Assembly (NCBI GenBank): GCA_051294905.1
Contig: CM119379.1
Location: 27,652,001-27,716,000 of the forward strand
DNA from: Botryllus schlosseri
Taxonomy: Eukaryota
Reading direction: 5' to 3'
Length of the DNA stretch: 64,000 nt
The notes under the pieces were generated by a model that saw nothing but the letters and a program-made list of their open reading frames with translations, made no database searches and had not been told where the DNA came from. A program made the translations under genes and the position numbers. Of this stretch, positions 24,916-38,500 are shown one piece after another (position 1 is the stretch's first letter; each line of letters opens with the position of its first letter).

Positions 24916-26628
24916 TAGGGTTAGTTCGGATATCAATAATTTTCACTATCCGGATAACGGATATATCCGGATATTTTGGAATTTATCTAACCGGTTAACC
25001 GGATAATAACTGCTAAAAGACAATCGATTTCATTAGGTCTGCATGTAAAACGGATCGCAAAATCATTACACAGTGTTATTGTAGAGTATACCTACCTACG
25101 CGCGCAGTATGAGCGAATACGAGAAAAACCACGCAAATTTAATGTTCACTGCTTCTGCAATGCCCTCTCTATAAAGCACAGATGCATCAATTGTGGGATC
25201 CTGTAGCCGGGACCGGAATTTTGTAACAAAGAGTCCACGTTCATTGAATGCTTTTTCAGCTTCCACAGAAGTGGGCTGAATAGAAAGCAGCGCTTCGTAG
25301 AGAGTCAAAAGGTTGGCAGGTCGTACGCCGGAAACTTCAACGGCTTTACATCCTTTTGACCATCCTTATGTTTAGGTTTGGAGTACTAGAAAGACGGCTA
25401 GCTGATACTGGAATTGATGCCGACATAATACCTCGCTCTAATTCACGTGATCAGGCACGCAGCCAGCCGAAAATGTAGGGGGATTGAAATAAAATCAGGG
25501 GGTTTCGATCTTTTTTTTTCGAATTAATCATCAGCGGAAATCAATTACGCTTGCACGCACGCACATTTTTGCGAACATTCGATGTCATTCAGTTTCGCGG
25601 TGTCACTCTCAGAATCACTAATTAGAATACACTTAACGGCATATCGTCAACAAGCCATGAAGAGATAGGAGCCAATGCATGCTGGGTCCGAGATGGTTAC
25701 GCCAGCGATTATATCGTTCGTAGGCCTATTGCAGATGCGATTGTGTAGGTCAACGATAATATCGTGAGCACCAAGCCAATCAAGATTAGAGGTCGACCGA
25801 TATTGATTTTTACAGGCCGATACCGATACCGATATTTCGACGCTCACAAGGCCGATAACCGATATCATAGGCCGATATTAATATGGATGGAGCAGAGAAC
25901 TATTTCGCCAAAAATATTATATATTAGGCAAGGTGGCACTTGTTCATGCCACAGAAAGGTGAACAACAAACGAGAAAACTGAAATCGAAAAGACTTTATT
26001 GCTTAATTGTGAACATTCGTTGAAATTTGGGATAACCCGAAAATCAAAACATGATACAGAATTGCAGATCAGTTCAGAAAAGGTAGATTGTAGTTAGATA
26101 TAAAATATCGGTCGCGATATCGGCCTAGATTGGCCGATACCGATATTCGAGAAAGTTCCAAATATCGGCGCCGATAATCGGCCAAGCCGATAATCGGTCG
26201 ACCTCTAATCAAGATGCGATTGTGCAGGCCAGCGATGGAATAGTGTGTACACTGCACATGGCCTATTGCAGATGCGATTCTTCAATCCAGTGGAACTATC
26301 GGCTTGTTGAAGACGCGATAAATCAGGCCAGAGACGATAGCCGAGCGCGCGGCAATCAATGACCTAATTTAACGATCTTCTCAGCAGGAGATCGCGTCAC
26401 ATTACATTATGCGATGTGTACAGACGCATCTCGCTAATTGGCAACACGCTTCTCGGTAATCGGCCGCGCCAACACTGAATACGACTTATTGAAGCTTACT
26501 AAAACGTGTAAAATGCATTAGCAACGATTCTTTTTTATCCGGTTAACCGGCAGAAAAATATCCGGATATCAGATAGTGAAAATACCTGCGGTTAACCGGT
26601 TAACCGTTATCCGGATAATCCAACCCTA
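24916..26628 (-). mobile_element. Deleted Ac-type hAT transposon with a transposase C-terminal (dimerisation domain) remnant
   Basis: TIR TAGGGTT...AACCCTA, subterminal CCGGTTAACCGG/ATCCGGAT repeats, TSD GTCGTGGT (24908-24915 and 26629-26636). Minus-strand about 25096-25350 reads SGVRPANLLTLYEALLSIQPTSVEAEKAFNERGLFVTKFRSRLQDPTIDASVL, a hATC motif. Confidence 0.88.
25787..26207. mobile_element. hAT MITE nested inside the deleted Ac-type transposon
   Basis: TIR TAGAGGTCGACCGAT...ATCGGTCGACCTCTA, CCGATA subterminal repeats, perfect TSD ATCAAGAT (25779-25786 and 26208-26215). Confidence 0.92.
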
Positions 26629-27369
26629 GTCGTGGTCCGGTAATCTTGAGGATGGACACTTCGAAATCAGACTTCCACCTGGCCTAGGCGATGTAAAAAT
26701 GGAGGCAAGCACATTGCACACTGAATGAAATGTAATGTGAAAGACTACTCCAACTCCTTTCGACAAGGTGTCCGCCTCTTATCTTTTCAATCGGTGTTTT
26801 GATCTGGCCTGACTCTGATGTTGAAATATTTAAACCTTTCCCTTAACCCCGAATATCATTATTCGTACGTAAAGAAAACTTGGCTACGTATAATAATATC
26901 GCATCCCCTCGTAACATTATTGATAACTAAGTATAGGTTATAAGTTAAGTAAGCTAAGTACAATTCCATCATAGCTACGTTGTAAATTGCTATGATTCCA
27001 TTATGGAATGTGACCCTAGTCACATTCCATAATTCCATAGTTATAGCAATGCGGCAATTCAGCAGCCGCGTGGCGTTTGGTGTGTGGTCTTCAAGCACCG
27101 ACCACAGTCGTATTGCTGATGTGACGGCGCCAATCGATATCGTAGATCGGGCGTATAATGTGGAGATTTTGGACAGATAGTATGTTATTTCTTGCGTTCC
27201 AGATTGTTGTTGACTAGCAAGACTTGATTTTTATCCTTGCTATGTCGTGAAAAAATGAGATATTGTCCACAAAAACTGTCAGCGCAATGCGCCAAGTAGA
27301 TACGGTAGGGTTATAACAGGAATAGGGTGACAGGGTATGTCACTTGACACTTAAGAATGGCCTGTTTCG

Positions 27370-27729
27370 TAGGGATAGCATACGTCCTCTTTTAAGAGGA
27401 TTTGTCCTCTTTTTTGACTTGTTTGAAAGTGTCCTCGGAGGACGCCCTTTTGTCCTCTTTTTTGAGATTTTGTCCTCTCTTGAAAATTTAGGTCAGACAT
27501 AGAGCAAATCGCGAGTGATATGCCGTAAATTAGCACAGAACTGATGCTCCGGCGGGTATTTCGGAGTGAAAAACGGTTATTCTAGCTCTGGAAAGATGAC
27601 TTTTTTTTTTTTCGTCAACCGATCACAAAGTGGGAAAAATTCACCGGTTTTTGAGAATTCTGCTGTTTTGCAATCTCAAATTTCTGAAAAAGTGTCCTGT
27701 TTTTAGATTTCCAAAATATGGTAAGCCTA
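27370..27729. mobile_element. Old hAT MITE (GTCCTCTTTT subterminal repeats)
   Basis: Ends TAGGGATAGCATA...TATGGTAAGCCTA; degraded TSD (CTGTTTCG/CTGTTACA). Confidence 0.55.
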
Positions 27730-28469
27730 CTGTTACATCATTCTATATCTATCATTTTCATTTCAAAATTACTGTTAGTTGATGGTTTTTTAGTTGGTTG
27801 GAATAGCTAATTGAATTATTGCAGTTTCCCTTCGGATGTGATGAAATCTTGGACGTAAGCCTCTCGACTTGAGACGTAAAGAAAATAGAACTTTGATTAT
27901 CTATCAATGTGTTAATGCCCACTCTGTCAAGTCCCTCTCGGTAAAAATATTCTGATCGGTTCGTATTATGTTTTATCAATTTACCATAAGATTGTGACGC
28001 AATGCAACGCAACAGTAAGAAAGTATTTTCAAGGATGCACCGTATCGTTATTAACTGATCACATAATTCACGTTATGGTGCTATGGAGTAAGAATTTTCA
28101 TGCTTCTTCAGTATGTTTGGCAATGTTCACTTAGAACATCGATCAACCATGTTTCCCACGAATATATATGTTCTGATCAGTGTTGCCCATAACTGTCAAT
28201 TCTTATGATGTTGATGTTTAGTGCATAATCCAATCATTAAGGGTGGGGTCTGTGGTGCTTTACATATCTGGTACACGTATACCAAATCTCTGCTCTGTGT
28301 GAATCAGCGATTGGCATTGTAAGTGGTTGGACTCAGCCAGGATGTACCGGTTCTCTGAAATTTGTTACATGACTTTTAGTAATGGAACTATAGCCGAATG
28401 ACGAATAATATGACTTTTATGATGGAAACGGCTGACCACCGATAGGGATTGGGATTGTGATTGTGATAT

Positions 28470-28690
28470 CGATCTCGCATTCTGACACATGTCACCTTTT
28501 TTGTCTACTGTCCTTTTACTTTTCATTCAGTGTGCGTGCCTCCTTTTTTACATCGCCTAGGCCAGGTGGGTGTCTGATTTCGAAGACTAGGCTATAGGCT
28601 ACTGCACCTTCCTGTCTTTCATTGTATCACAGTCTTGTGGTGTATTGACATGATAAAATTTTTAGCAATAAATTGAATTGAATTGAATTC
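28470..28690 (+). mobile_element. 5'-truncated LINE 3' end (family H) with poly(A) signal and (TTGAA)n tail
   Basis: Core catcgcctaggccaggtgggtgtctgatttcgaagact, then AATAAA at 28667-28672 followed by TTGAATTGAATTGAA. Related copies at about 22850-22961(-), 24273-24420(+), 24770-24907(-), 26650-26740(-), 43470-43540(-), 51950-52090(+), 56120-56200(+) and 60800-60840(-). Confidence 0.7.
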
Positions 28691-28692
28691 AA

Positions 28693-28810
28693 TTCTTATT
28701 ATGAAGTAACCAACACAGCAGTAAAAAGACATTCCTATAGTGTCATATTTGAAATCTTATTATGAAATAACCAATGCTGCAGTAAAAAGATAATCCTAGT
28801 GTCATATTTC
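28693..28810. repeat. Imperfect tandem duplication of about 60 bp
   Basis: tcttattatgaa(g/a)taaccaa...gcagtaaaaaga...tagtgtcatattt occurs twice back to back. Confidence 0.7.
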
Positions 28811-29571
28811 GTTCAAAAGGGTATCCGGCTGGCTTGAAAGAAGACAATTAGATCTTTAATGTGTTGTTTTGCCTCAAGTGGATTTAGGCTATTGGAAAAT
28901 GGAATTGGACTGGATTTTACACTCGATTAGTTTACAATTGAATATTATATTCATATTGAAATAAACCCGAATATTTTCGGCTGCTACTCGTCAGGAGTAA
29001 TCGTCAGCAACTATAGTAGAGAATTGGAAAGAACATTGTATGTCAACAATCCTGTCACCAAATATGATGTCTACGGCATGAAAGTTTGAATAATTGAGGC
29101 GAAGAGATCAATCAGAAGCTCAGGAATTAATGATTTCAAGTCTAGACCATTAAATCACCCCGTGTTACAACAATCATGTGTCCGTGATTCTGAAGTTTAT
29201 GCTATTTTGTTGCCTGTTTTGTTATTTTGCGATGATGAATAAAAAATTCTCTCTCTCTATATATATATTGGCTAACTGAATAATGTATTCATATTGAAAT
29301 GAACCTTGATGTTTTTGGCTGACACTCGTCAGGGCTAATCGTAGAGTCATGAATTATGAATTTCATGGCGGTGACGTCATATTTAGTGATACGAATATTG
29401 ATATAGGCCTATACAAAGTTCTTCACTATTCTCTTCTATAGTTGCTGACAAGTGTCAGCCATAAATGATCTGGTTAATTTCAATATGAAAATGAATGTTT
29501 TGTACCCCCAAGAGTCACTCCTAATTCTATAAATGTTATTTGAACTTGCAGTTGTATACTAATTTAGCAGG

Positions 29572-32500
29572 ATGCCTGCAGTTTCCCGAGGCGATGGCAT
29601 GCGTGGACTTTCTGTATTTATTGCTGATATCAGAAATTGTAAGTTACATGATTAGGCTACATCTCATTGAGTTGTTAATATTGCTTCAATTTTCTTAACG
29701 GTACAATAGGGCTACTCAAAATTAACATTTTCTTCAAATTTGACCGGCTACTTGATGACATTGTTACATTGCCTAAAAAACGCTGTAGGCTACACCATTC
29801 CAACCTGTAGAAAATTTTGGATTTGATAAAATAGTAGCGCCTATTTACAGTGGCCAATTTCATCGTGAATAATGATAGAATTTTCCATTTTTATCCAATC
29901 CAAAATTTTCTACTGCAATAACTTTGCTTCTACGGGTTGGAATTGAGCCTAATTCGTTATGCATTGTTCTTCGACATCCTAACAATGTCATGAGCAGACA
30001 GTAAAGTTTGAGAGCAAAGGTTATTTTTGAACGGCCTACTGTAGAAATTGCTCGGATTTGACATTCTGGATCGAATAATCGGATCCTAGTTCGAACCATG
30101 TTGTCGGCTGTAACTTGGGAGAGATACTCCGTACCAACGCCAGCAGATCAATGGTTGCTGGTTTGACTTAATAAGTTCCCAATTGTTGGTTTGTTGAGGC
30201 TCTTGGCGATTACCAGGGCTGAACAGAATTGAGTATATGAGCGATTTGATTCTGAATTGAGTATTAGGATTTGAGTCTAGTATTTGAGTTGATCTCAACA
30301 GCTCAAAATATGTGACACCTTCTATGCTACGAAAAAGAATAAAATGACAGTTCTACAATTTATTAAAGATCATTTGGTCTGTTTCTTATTTCATTGCACT
30401 TTGTGACAATGCTGTGGGTTCATCACGACTTGACAGATATGTCACTTCCAGTACCGTGGGTAGCTTTGTACTTCATGTTTCGTAGGCTATGCTGCGATAC
30501 GACCAATCGAGGTTTCAAAGCCTTCTTAGTTGAAATAGTATCGAAACTATAGCTTTAGTTGATGAATTAACTTAGTGACAATGAGTGTATAACTTCAGTA
30601 CTTTGAAAAATAATCTCCCTCTTACTCGATTTGAGTCGTTAAAATTAGTACTCGATTTAGATTCAAGTACTCAATTATTATGCCCAGCCCTTACGAATAT
30701 GTGTAAACAGCCTGGAATTATATCAAAATGGTACCAATGGAAAACTTGCCTCAATGATTTCCGGCCTGGAGGATCTAAATCATAATCTAGTGACCTAAAC
30801 CTGATGCATGTCATGCTATGTCCTGGCACCGAAACGGCTGGAGTCCAATAGTCCCACTTCAATGGGGTTGAGTGGACCATTCAGGAAACGCAAGTCCCGA
30901 CTCAATGCAAAGAGTAATGCAGCTGTTAGACTTAATTCTGTTAACGACCTATATTTTTCGTATGTTTTTTTTGAGATTGGGGTAGTTCTTTATGGAACAA
31001 CTTGCTCAAAGAAATGCGAAGTGTTTAGTGTTGATTTAAGAAATAATTTAAAAATGATGCTTGGTTTGGATTTAATTCAGTGAACTACGTATAGTTTTTG
31101 TTTTATTTTTTGGGATGGGGTTAATTCTATATGGAACAAATTACACAGCTGAGATGCTTCATGTCGATTTAAGAAATAATTTGTAGCCCTTTAAGATATC
31201 AAGTAATTGATTGTGTCAAATTATCGTATTCAATAATAATCGGCATAAATTTTCACCCACTCCAGCTTACGTTGTTATTTGCCAGTTTTAATACTGTGAG
31301 TAATGACATGCTTGAATATATTAGTGAGTTTGATAACCTAATTGGTGGTAAAACAAAAATATATAGCCTACCTAAACCACTCTCTGGTAATGAAATTGAG
31401 CTCTGGTATCAGAAGATCATGCCAGGCCTCGAAAATGACAGATGTTTTTGGTTTGCATTTCAGGCAAAAGCAAGGAGGCAGAAAGTAAACGAATCAACAA
31501 GGAACTGGCAAACATTCGCTCAAAATTTAAAGGTGATGTTCGTAGCGACTAGTCGATGAAATTTTCAAACTGCCATCAACCGTCACGGAAGCAATTCGCC
31601 GGCCAGTATAATTTCCTGATTGCTTTACAGTCAGAGCCAGAAAGTGTTTAGATTTTCCAAATAAGATTAGAATTAGAATTATAGCTACCGTTGCACGTTT
31701 TTTCAAATTAGATTATTATTACAATGATTGCATTCACAAAAGTTTGAATTCCGAATCAGAAAGCAATGCAGCAAAAATCAAGTCCAGTTCAAATCAGAGT
31801 TGATTCTCTGAGAATGACAAATGTTTGTACACCAAACTTGGCTCATTTTGTAAGATACAGTTCTCCTGCAGCATTTTCAGGAAAACCAGATACGGTATTA
31901 GATAAGAATTAAAATTAGAGCATTGAAGCATTTAAAATTTAGGTTAGAATTAGAATTACTGAATTCCATAAACTAATTTAAAATTTGAAAATGTCTGTAC
32001 ACAGAGCTTGGCTCGTTTTGCACTATGTAGTTCTCCCGTAACATTTTCAGTAAAATCACAAATTAGATTTGAATTATCAATTGAGAGCAAAGAAGCATTT
32101 CAGGAATTAGACTAGATTTCGAGGACTGGCATTATGCTCCAGTCATTGGAAGTATGTTTAGTTGTTCACATCAGACTGACATCACTTACAGGAGACAAAA
32201 CGATAGACGGATATAGCAAGAAGAAATATGTGTGCAAGCTCCTGTTCATCTTTCTTCTTGGCCACGACATTGACTTTGGCCACATGGAAGCCGTCAATCT
32301 GCTGAGTTCGAACAAATACACGGAGAAGCAGATTGTGAGATTTGCAATGTAGATGTTGTCCATGTCTTGCTGTTGCTATCGCACGATTTTTGCAGGGCTA
32401 TCTTTTCATCTCGGTGCTGGTGAGCTCAAATTCCGATTTGATCAAGTTGATCATTCAGAATATCAAGGTGGGTATCTCCTGTTTTTATCAGTGACCGTCA

Positions 32501-35500
32501 GGACTGAGCGAAATAGAGTTACTGAATGATTCGATTCTGGATAGAGCATTTGGCTTCGAGTCGAGTAGGCCTATCGCGCATGATGATCTCTTAATAATAT
32601 GAGTGATGAAGAAATATGTACCTTTTATGTATGTACCTTGAAGTCAAATTTCGCGTCATATGCAGAACAATCTGGCTTTGGCCGTGGTAACCAAATTTGT
32701 CTCCCTGGATGTTCTAACATTTTGTCCGCCCAATCGCCCCCTTGTATCTCAAAATTTACCACGTTGGGAATCACTGGAACGTACTCGATGTTTTCTACGC
32801 TGCAATTTGACCAATCGAGGTTTACCTTTCACTGCTGAAAATAGTATCGGAATTATGATTGCGGTTGATAAATTTACTCTTCGTGGTCACTGGTCAAGAA
32901 CGTGTAATTTCAGTTCTCTTGAAAATCATTTCACAATACTAGACCGAACCGTTAGAATAAGTATTTGATTCAGATTTCTATTGAAATTGTTTAGAACGAT
33001 ATCTCATCGCCAAACCCAATCCACGTCAACCTGGCCCTGCACTGCATCGCCAACATTGGATCACCGGAGATGGCAGAGGCTTTTGCCCCGGAGATACCGA
33101 AGCTGCTTGTTTCGCCGTGGGTCACGTTTTATTTACTTAATTGCATCGTTTTTTAATGGCTGGATTGATTTTTAGAGACACAATCAACATTGTCAAACAA
33201 TCTGCCGCGCTCTGTCTGTTACGTTTGCTGAGAACCGCACCAAACTGCCTCGCACCTGGAGAATGGTCTTCCCGGGTCATTCATCTGTTGAATGACCAGC
33301 ATATGGTTGGTGTCAAAATTTGTACTATGTACAATGTACATGTACAAGCCACTGCCTTTTAAAAATGCGCAACTACGACTGGAACGAACGACCTTGAAAT
33401 GTCATGTACGACTAACTCGGTAAAACCAATCTAACAGGATTCAATCCTGAAGCATCGGTCGCTTTTCAGAATCCTCAACTACTAGAAGTAGAACTGATCA
33501 CTTTTCAAGATCTGCATCTAAAACTAGAATTACTCACTTTTCCGATGCTAGAATTATAACTACTCCTCAAAATCCACGACTAAAAGTAGAACTAGTCACT
33601 TTTCAAAATCTTTAACTAGAGCTACAACTATCTACAGAAAAAAAACAGTAGTTAGTTGACTGGCAGTGTCAACTATCTAGATTGGTAGTTTGTACAAATG
33701 TGATTGGTGTAGTTGCGTAACTGTTCTTTTTCAATTATAAATTTTCATAATGGTTCTGTGTAATCGATTTCAGGGCGTTGTGACGGCCGCGACCAGTTTG
33801 ATTCATTCTCTCGCCCAACTGAATCCTGACGAATATCGTGGCTGCGTTTCTCTGGCCGTGTCGCGATTCAGCCGCATTGTTACCTCCACTTATACAGACC
33901 TGCAGGTGCGTGTGTTGCATGTTCTTCCGATAGCCTACCATTGAATAACATATTGAATGATATTGAGCTGAAGCCAAATTTTTTTGCTGATACTTGTCAA
34001 AGGTGATCGTCAGCAACACAATTGAAATGAACATTGTATCTTGTATGTCAACAGTCGTGTCATGAAATATTCGTATGTCGTATCTTTGATGGTACAGAGG
34101 ACTGGAGCTCAAGTAGAAATAATGCCATATGTTTCTACTCAGATGCAAGCAGACATTGGGATTTGGAAGTCAGCGTTGGTACTTGAGTAGATGGAATGCC
34201 AGAAAACGTCTTGCTTGAGTGCTTTTCAGACATTTCCTAATTCCGCTTCAAGTAGTTTTGGTATATCTTGGGAAGTGCTACTTCTATTTCTAATTGCTAA
34301 GAAATTTGAGTATCGATTCTGATTACTAAATCACCTCCATGACTTTTACTTCTATTTGAGCGTAAGGCAGAGGTAATTATCAGGAACTAGTAGAGAATTT
34401 GTTGACAAGATCATTGTTGTTACACAAGTTTTTCCGATTGTCTACTAGTTGCCAGCAATGACTTGGTTCTGTACCGTCTGCTTCTAGAGCAGCGTTTCTT
34501 AACCTTTTTAGCGGCTCGTATCCCTTGAGATTTCCATAAGATATTTCGTACCCCTGTGCATTTTCGACACAACTGGTACCTATATAGTAAAATCAAAAAG
34601 ACCATTGACATGAAACCATGCGTGACTCGTCGAAAATATTTGAATTGAATAAATCTGTCAAGAAAATATTCCAGATTTTGTCAGTTGGTGTTTCTATTTT
34701 GGGCTCTAGATAGCGCACAGACCTCATTCCACAATGCATCTTGCACCCCTTGATTTGGAACCCCGTGTCCTAGAGTCTGTTCAAATGATAGTCTGTTTCG
34801 TTGCAGGATTACACGTACTATTTTGTCCCGGCGCCGTGGCTCAGCGTCAAGCTGCTGAGGCTTCTGCAATGCTATCCGGTTCCGCGTAAGTTTCTGCATC
34901 AGTCAAAGATCCATTATCTTCTGTAACACGTTCCTCTGTTTTGTAGAGGAACCTGCCATTAAAGGTCGCCTGGTCGAATGTCTGGACGTGATCTTGAACA
35001 AATGCATGGAGCCGCCGAAATCCAAGAAAGTTCAGCATTCCAACGCAAAGAACGCCGTTCTTTTCGAGGCCATCTCTCTCATCATACATATGGACAGGTT
35101 TGTCGTGTTCTTTTGTGTGGCGTTCTTGCAGCCATTGCTAGCTCAGGGTCATCGCTACTGACAGTGGCGTAGCCGGGGGTGAATTTTGTGGGTTCGAACC
35201 TATCCCATTTCACACTTTCACCGGTCAAATTCCGGTCATATTCAAATGAGTTGCTTCGGAATTGAATGTAGTCAGCTGTGTATCGGTAAGTTGCGGATTT
35301 AAAAAACCCAGTAGTTTGTACAAGTCTGGCCGGAGGAAAACAAAAACTTTACAAACAGGCCTCAGCATGACACTTTCCTCCGCAGTACATCTGAAACTTG
35401 AAATTTCTCTTTAGCGACCCGAATCTGCTGGTCCGAGCGTGCAATCAGCTGGGCTCTTTCCTCCAGCACCGAGAAACAAACCTCCGTTATCTGGCTCTGG

Positions 35501-38500
35501 AGAGCATGTGCATGTTGGCCGGGTCGGAGTTCTCTGCCGAGGCAGTCAAGAAGCATCGGGAGACCGTCATCAATGCGCTCAAGGTGACGTTATGAGGAAA
35601 TAAGCCGGGTATAATAGGTTGAGTTAACGTTGCTACTCAAGTTCGGTATACAACTGAAAAATGTGTTGATATTGGCACCGGAAAAGCACATGTACATTGC
35701 ATTTCGCGACAGTGCTGTAAGTCGGTCACGACTTGACAGATACGTCGTTTCCAGTAACGTACGTAGATTTGTACTACGTGTTTTGTATGTTGCGACACGA
35801 CCATTGCAGAGGAAAATAGTGTCGAAAGCATCATTTTCGTCGATAAATTAACTCCAACTGGCAAAGAGAGTATCATTTCCACACTGGAATGAATCATCTC
35901 TCCTTACCCGACTCGAATCGGTGAATTTAAGCTGGGTTCAGATCCGAGTGCTCGAATTCTGTGGAAATAAGCAGAACTAAATTGATTGACAGACGGAGCG
36001 CGACGTGAGCGTACGCCAACGAGCAGTCGATCTACTGTATGCGATGTGCGACAAGACTAACTCTGAGGAAATCGTGGCGGAGATGCTGGCTTATTTGGAA
36101 CTGGCCGACTACGCCATACGGGAAGAGATGGTGCGGATAGATGTGTTTTGTAGACGTTATGTTGTTGCCACACTTGTATAAACTACTGGATTTTCAAATC
36201 GCACAACTAGTTCTACTCCATTTCCAAAACTTGCAACTAGAACTAGGACTGCTCACTTTTCAAAACTTGCAATTTGAATTAGACTGCCGGTATTCACTTT
36301 CCAAAACTCGCAACAACAACTATACCTAGAAGTAGGCCGACTCACTTTTCAAAATTTGCAAGAACTGGAACTACTCAAAAAGCAGTAATTAGTTAGTTAA
36401 CTCGATTGGTATTTTTTGCAAGTGTGCTTGTTGTGCTCACTCTGTGTCATTCAGGTTTTGAAAGTGGCCATCCTGGCAGAGAAGTACGCTTCCGACTATC
36501 GTTGGTACGTGGACACCATCTTGCAACTGATCAAGGTGGCAGGAGATTATGTTTCCGAGGAAGTCTGGCATCGCGTCATCCAGATCGTGATCAATCGAGA
36601 CGACGCGCAAGGATACGCGGCAAAGACCGTTTTTGAGGTATCGCCATGACAACCGACACATGTAGAGTCTGTCCGGGTAACCCAGGTTGAGAACCACTGC
36701 TCTACAGCCTCTAATGGCCGATACCGATATTTCTTTCAAAGTGGGATGTCGGTTTGATAATACATTTTCAAAGTCGCCACGGTTGGTACTCGATTTGTCG
36801 TCAGTTTTTACCCATGCAGAAATAGCGATTTGCAAGGAAAATGATACGTATTACAGGCCTAAAAAACTTGGGATTGGAATGGAAGTAATCTAAAAAGATA
36901 GGTTTGAATAAGTACGCAAAATCTACTTGATTACTCTGAAATCGAACACGTAGGCCTATCTATTTTGCAGAACCTCCAGGCGCCGGCCTGCCACGAAAAC
37001 ATGGTCAAAGTGGGCGGCTATATTCTCGGGGAGTTTGGCAACCTCATTGCGGGGGACCCCCGCTCTTCCCCGCTGGTCCAGTTCGACCTGCTCCATTCCA
37101 AGTTCCATCTGTGCACCCCCTCGACGAGGGCCCTCCTCCTCAGCGCTTACATCAAATTCATCAACTTGTTTCCGGAGATCAAAAAAAACATCCAGGTAGC
37201 CGTTGGAAATTCGACTTGAAAAACTGGATCATTTTACATGTCTCATGAGACTTGAAACGAAATGCTGGAAATCTAATTCTAATCTGATTTGTGAAATGTT
37301 TTTTATGCTCTCTGATTTTAATCTGGTTCTCCTGAAAATGCTGCATCATGCGAATCGAGCCAAGCTTGTTGTACAGACATTTTCCATTGTCGTGCTGATG
37401 AGACTGGAATCTGATTTGTTTCCGCCAATTCAGTGACTTGATTTCTGATCTAATTTGGAAATAGCTGTGTCGCTACAATTCTAATTGTAGTGTAATTTTG
37501 GGAAAAATCAGAATTCCAATGTTAATTGGAAAAGATCAAAATTATTTATTTGTTCAACCTTGGTGTCGTAAGCACCAGTAGGTAAAGCTTTAGTTTGTTT
37601 GTCGCAGGACGTTCTGAACAACAACAACCAATTGCGTAATGCTGACGTGGAGCTCCAGCAAAGAGCCCTGGAATACCTAAAGTTGAGCTCGATCGCGTCC
37701 CAGGACGTCCTGGCCACCGTCTTGGAAGAGATGCCGCCTTTCCCAGAGCGAGAATCCTCCATTCTGGCCAAACTCAAGAAGAAAAAGCCTTCCTCGGCTA
37801 GCGTGAGTCACCCACCCCCCGATTTCGGCTTGTGTTTTTCGCGATATCGTCAACTGTACTTGAGCTTGTAGGGCTGTTCAAAAGCGAATTATTTTCCAAA
37901 TATCACTGGCTACTTGCTTAAATTGATAGGTTGTCTGAAAAAAAACACTACACTTCAAATTTGGCTCAATTCAAACCTGTGGAAGCATGTCTGGGATTTG
38001 AGAAAAGCAGTATTTACTGTGTGAAATTCTATCCTCACCCAATTAAAAAAGAAATTGAATAGCAGATGAGCAAATAAAACTGAAAATAGAATCGGTCTTT
38101 GAAGTTCATTGACATGACAATGTGTCGGCAGGTTATTGAGAAAGAAAAAAAAGAAGATTCTCCGTCTAACACAAAAGCCGCGTCCCCACCGCCACAGGTT
38201 TCTGTCCCAAAGGTAAGCTTTTCTTGTAACGACGAGAGCCCCCTCGTTCATTTTCATGACAACTGCAGCAAAACGAAGCCGTGGACCTTCTGGGTCTGGG
38301 ATCTCCGGCTCCGGCCGAAAAGCAAAGCTCGTTTCTGGTGGACGTTTTTGGTAATCAAGCAGCGACGGAGCCTCCGGTGTTGGATACAAACATCCCAAAG
38401 TATGAAATTATTTTCATTCCAGCTACTCAAGTAGGGGCATCGGAACTCAAGTAGAAGTAATAATAATAATAAAACTCATATTGTACCGGTATACAAAATA

